This document shows positions 58,890 through 64,000 of a stretch of DNA of 64,000 nt, piece after piece (within the stretch, counting starts at the first letter, position 1; every line of letters starts with the position of its first letter). Where the stretch lies: contig JASTWF010000288.1 in the NCBI GenBank assembly GCA_030390025.1, positions 434,001 through 498,000 on the forward strand. Direction: 5' to 3'. This DNA comes from Squalus acanthias (Eukaryota). The notes beneath the pieces are model-generated. The model worked only from the letters and a program-made list of their open reading frames with translations, had not been told where the DNA came from and did not search any database. The position numbers were made by a program, and so were the translations under genes.

Positions 58890-59679
58890 TCATACATATA
58901 ACATACTCACACAGATATATCACACACACACACACACACTTATATATCACACACACACACACAGAGATATATCTCTCTCACACACACACACACACACAGA
59001 TATATCACANNNNNNNNNNNNNNNNNNNNNNNNNNNNNNNNNNNNNNNNNNNNNNNNNNNNNNNNNNNNNNNNNNNNNNNNNNNNNNNNNNNNNNNNNNN
59101 NNNNNNNNNNNNNNNNNNNNNNNNNNNNNNNNNNNNNNNNNNNNNNNNNNNNNNNNNNNNNNNNNNNNNNNNNNNNNNNNNNNNNGATATATCACACACA
59201 GATATATCACACACACACACACACACACAGATATATCACACACNNNNNNNNNNNNNNNNNNNNNNNNNNNNNNNNNNNNNNNNNNNNNNNNNNNNNNNNN
59301 NNNNNNNNNNNNNNNNNNNNNNNNNNNNNNNNNNNNNNNNNNNNNNNNNNNNNNNNNNNNNNNNNNNNNNNNNNNNNNNNNNNNNNNNNNNNNNNNNNNN
59401 NNNNNNNNNNNNNNNNNNNNNNNNNNNNNNNNNNNNNNNNNNNNNNNNNNNNNNNNNNNNNNNNNNNNNNNNNNNNNNNNNNNNNNNNNNNNNNNNNNNN
59501 NNNNNNNNNNNNNNNNNNNNNNNNNNNNNNNNNNNNNNNNNNNNNNNNNNNNNNNNNNNNNNNNNNNNNNNNNNNNNNNNNNNNNNNNNNNNNNNNNNNN
59601 NNNNNNNNNNNNNNNNNNNNNNNNNNNNNNNNNNNNNNNNNNNNNNNNNNCAGATATATCACACACACACACAGATATA

Positions 59680-59710
<31 letters not shown>

Positions 59711-60014
59711 TTTATCACACACACAGAGATATATATTACACACACAGATATATATCACACACACACACAGATATATATCACACACACAGATATATATCAC
59801 ACACAGATATATATCACACACACAGATATATATCACACACACAGATATATATCACACACAGATATATATCACACACAGATATATATCACACACACATATA
59901 TATCACACACACACACACAGATATATATCACACACACACAGATATATATCACACACACACAGAGATATATATCACACACACAGATATATATCACACACAC
60001 ACACATATATATAT

Positions 60015-60051
<37 letters not shown>

Positions 60052-60095
60052 CTCAGACACACACACATAGATATATGTCACACAGACACACATAT
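58890..60095. repeat. Compound (CA)n/(TA)n microsatellite with assembly gaps
   Basis: CACACAGATATATAT units; two N-runs. Confidence 0.95.
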
Positions 60096-60178
60096 ATAAG
60101 AAATGTGACTCTGCACGATCTGTAAGGGTGTGAGTGCTAGCTGCTGTTTAATGTTCCTGGTATTTCTCTTCCTCTCAG

Positions 60179-60309
60179 TGTGTCCCAAGGTCCTGATCGA
60201 TATTGCCTTTCTGATCGACGGTTCAGGCAGCGTGGGAGCAAGCGATTTTTCTAAAATGAAAAGCTTCATGGTAGCGATTATGAAGAAATTCAACAACAAG
60301 CAGACACAG
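60179..60309 (+). CDS. Integrin alpha exon 6, start of the I (vWA) domain
   Basis: 131 bp, ctcAG / GTAATC; VCPKVLIDIAFLIDGSGSVGASDFSKMKSFMVAIMKKF with MIDAS DxSxS; DIAFLIDGSGS is the CD11b/c/d-type signature. Confidence 0.93.
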
Positions 60310-60319
60310 GTAATCACGG

Positions 60320-63300
60320 CGACCGAAGGAGGCCATTCAGCCCCTCGTGTGCGTGCTGGTGCTAGATCCCATCGAAGAACGGTCTACACTAATCCCATTT
60401 CCCTGCTCGGTTCCCATATCCTTACATGTTGGCAAAAGAAACAGAGGGGTAGATGAGGAGAACATAAGAAATAGGAGCAGGAGTCGGCCATTCGGCCCCT
60501 CGAGTCTGTTCCGCCATTCAATAAGATCATGGCTGATCTTCTACCTTATCTCCACTTTCCCGCCTGATCCCCATATCCCTCGATTCCCTTAGTGTCCAAA
60601 AATCTATCGATCTCTGTCTTGAATATACTCAACGACTAAGCATCCACATCCCTCTGGGGTAGAGAATTCCAAAGATTCACCACCATCTGAGCGAAGAAAT
60701 TCTTCCTCATCTCAGTCCTAAATGGCCGACCCTTATCCTGAGACTGAGCCCCCTGGTTCTAGACTCCCCAGCCAGAGGAAACATCCTCTCAGCATCTACC
60801 CTGTCAAGCCCTGTAAGAATTTTGTATGTTTCAATGAGATCACCTCTCATTCTTCTAAACTCCAGAGAGTATCAGCCCAATCTACTCAGTCTCTCCTCAT
60901 AGGACAGCCCTCTCATCCCAGGAATCGACCTAGAATTTTTTCACACAGCGAGTTGTTGTAATCTGGAATGCGCTGCCTGAAAGGGCGGTGGAAGCAGATT
61001 CAACAGCAACTTTCAAAAGGGAATTGGATAAATACTCGAAGGGGAAATATTTGCAGGGCTGTGGGGAAAGAGCAGGGAGTGGGATTAATTGGCGAGCTCT
61101 TTCAAAGAGCCGGCACAGGCACGATGGGCCAAGCGGCCTCCTTCTGGGTTTGGCTCTGTTAATCGATAATCATTGGAAGTATAGTGAAGAGTGAGGAGGA
61201 TGGGGTTAGACTTCAAGTGGACATAGACAGGCTGGTGGAATGGGCGGACACATGGCAGCTGAAATTTAACACAGAATTTAAGAAACAAGGGAGAGAGAAA
61301 ACGGGGAACTACAGACCAGTTAGTCTGACATCAGTAGCAGGGAAAATACCAGAATCTATTATTAAGGACGTGGTAACAGGGCACTTAGAAAATAATAATA
61401 GGATTGGGCAGAGTCAACACGGATTTATGAAAGGGAAATTGTGTTTGACAAATCTGTTGGAGTTTTTTGAGGTTGTAACTAACAGAATAGATAAGGGGGA
61501 ACCAGTGGATGTGGTGTATTTGGATTTTCAGAAGGCATTCGATAAAGGGCCACACAAGAGGTTATTAAACAAAATTAGGGCTCATGGGATTGGCGGTCAT
61601 AGAGTCATAACTCCACAGAAAGAGTCCATTCAGCCCATCGAGTCCGTGCCGGCTCTCTGCAGAGCAATCCAGTCAATCCTATTCCCCCGCTCTATCCCCG
61701 TAGCCCTGCAAGTTTATTTCCCTCAAGTGCCTATCCAGTCTCGCCTTGAAAACATTGAGTGTCTACGCTTCCACCACTTTCCTCACATCCCCCCTGTATC
61801 TCCTGCCCAAAACCTTAAATCTGTGTCCCCTAGCCCTTCTACCATCAATTAGTGGGAACAGTTTCCCCATCTAGCCTATCTAAACCCGTCATAATCTTGT
61901 ACACCTCTATCAAATCACCCCGCAACCTCCTTTGCTCTAATGAAAACAAATCCAGCTTCTCCAACCTGTCCTTGTAGCTAAGATCCCCATCCCCAGAAAC
62001 ATTCTGGTAAATCTCCTCTGCACCCTCTCAAGGGCCTTCACATCCTTCTTAAAGTGTGGTGACCAGAACTGGCCCCAATACTCCAGTTGTGGGCTAACCA
62101 GCGCTTTAAAATGGTTCAGCATAACTTCTCTACTTTTGTACTGAATACCTCTATTTATGAAGCCCAAGATCCCATAAGCTTTGTTAACCACTCTCTCAAT
62201 ATGTCCTGCCACCTTCGGGGACCTATGCACATTAACTCCCAGGTCCCTCTGTACCTGCACACTCTTTAAAACTGTGCCATTAAGTGTATATTGCCTCTCC
62301 CTGTTCCTTCTGCCAAAATGCATCACCTCACACTTCTCTGTATTAAATTCCATCTGCCACTTGTCTGCCCATTCTGCTAGCCTTTCTATGGCCTGTTGCA
62401 GTCGATTGATATCATCATCACTGTTTGTCACACCCCCAAGTTTGGTGTCATCGGCAAATTTAGAAATTCTACTCTGTATTACAATATCCAGGTCAGTTAT
62501 TTATTTATATATATATATATATAAAAAAGCAGTGACCCCAGCACTGACCCTTGGGGAACACCACTGTCTACCATCCTCCAGTCTGAAAAACAGCCATTTA
62601 CCACAACTCGCTGTTTTCTGTCCTTAAGCCAATTCCTTATCCAAGCTGCCACTGACCCACCTATTCCATGAGCCTCAATTTTGTTAACCAGCTTTCTATG
62701 TGGTGCTTTTCAAACGCCTTCCGAAAATCCATGTAGACAACATCCATTGCATTCCCTTCATCATCAAAAAATTCAATTAGATTAGTAAAACACGATTTTC
62801 CTTTTACAAACCCATGTTGGCAATCCTTAATTAGCTTAAACCTCTCCAAATGCCCGTTAACTTTTTCCTTGATTATTGTTTCAAAAACTTTACCAACCAC
62901 TGATGTTAAACTGACCGGCCTGTAGTTACGAGGATTGTCCTTACACCCTTTCTTGAACAATGGTGTCACATTTGCCACTTTCCAATCCTCAGGCACCTCC
63001 CCCACATCTAGGGAAGATTGGAAAATTATGGCAAGCCCTCCCGCTATCTCCTCCCCCAGTTCCCTTTGCAACCTGGGATGCAAGCCATCTGGACCAGCCT
63101 AGATTGAGGATTGGTTAATTGACAAAAAACAGAGAGTAGGAATAAACGGGTCATTTTCGGGTTGGCAGGCTGTAATTAGTGGGGTACCACAAGGATCAGT
63201 GCTTGGGCCTCAGCTATTCACAATCTACATCAATGATTTGGATGAGGGGACCAAATGGAGTATATCCAAGTTTGCTAATGACACAATGCTGGGTGGGAAT

Positions 63301-64000
63301 GTAAGTTGTGAGGAAGATGCAAGGAGGCTTCAAGGGGATATAGACAGGCTAAGTGAATGGGCAAGAACATGGCAAATGGAATATAATGTGGAGAAATGTG
63401 AAGTTATCCACTTTGGTAGGAAAAATAGAAAAATAGAGTATTTTCTAAATGGTGAGAGTTTGGGAAATGTTGGTGTTCAGAGGGACCTGGGTGTCCTTGT
63501 ACACGAATCACTGAAAATTAACATGCAGGTACAGCAAGCTATTAGGAAAGCAAATGGTATGTTGGCCTTTATTACAAGAGGATTTGAGTATAAGAGTAAA
63601 GATGTCTTACTGCAATTATTTAGGGCCTTGGTGAGTATTGTGTACAGTTTTGGTCTCCTTACCTAAGGAAGGATATACTTGCCATAGAGGGAGTGCAACG
63701 AAGGTTCACCAGACTGGTTCCTGGGATGGGGGGATTGTCCTATGAGGAGAGATTGAGGAGACTAGGCCTATATTCTCTGGAATTTAGAAGAATGAGAGGT
63801 GATCTCATTGAAACATACAAAATTCTTACAGGGCTCGACAGGGTAGATGCAGGGAGGATGTTTCCCCTGGCTGGAGAGTCTAGAACTAGGGGTAATAATC
63901 TCAGAATAAGGGGTCGGCCATTTAGGACAGAGATGAGGAGAAATTTCTTCACTCAGAGGGTGGTGAATCTTTGGAATTCTCTACCCCAGAGGGCTGTGGA
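60320..64000. mobile_element. Mosaic of nested CR1 fragments in intron 6
   Basis: Minus-strand tail about 60460-60925; a plus-strand RT (about 61280-61597, resuming about 63098-64000) split by a minus-strand CR1 (about 61598-63097). Confidence 0.87.

Noticed and set aside
58879-60099. His/Thr-rich ORFs
   Set aside because: Microsatellite and N-gap translation.
50248-60309. Assigning ITGAM versus ITGAX versus ITGAD
   Set aside because: These paralogues diverged later in vertebrate evolution; only CD11-like can be supported.

Overview
Repeat-dense vertebrate DNA, almost certainly from a cartilaginous fish (HE1/V-SINE, Deu-SINE, abundant CR1 and Penelope elements, shark-type class I motif). 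Two immune genes on the + strand bracket the window: the alpha3 and transmembrane exons of an MHC class I-type heavy chain (3613-4733), and exons 1-6 of an I-domain leukocyte integrin alpha (CD11-like, 50248-60309, continuing beyond the window). Between them lies a ~17 kb decayed provirus (about 30060-47240) that the ORF track fragments. After removing seven nested insertions at their target-site duplications, it reads LTR, tRNA-Arg PBS, coiled-coil Gag with CCHC knuckle, PR-RT(YVDD)-tether-RNase H-IN, then a splice acceptor and an env with F2/F1 (Mononegavirales fusion protein-like) layout. This looks like a lokiretrovirus-like ERV. The window also holds five copies of one PIF/Harbinger family (a 3 kb Myb-gene-bearing derivative plus four MITEs) with covarying hairpins and a shared extended target motif, Penelope remnants with inverted pseudo-LTRs and minimal hammerhead ribozymes, and a 33-bp minisatellite derived from a Deu-SINE hairpin. 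All family assignments come from motif recognition by eye; no searches were run, and repeat boundaries without a quoted TSD or splice site are approximate.
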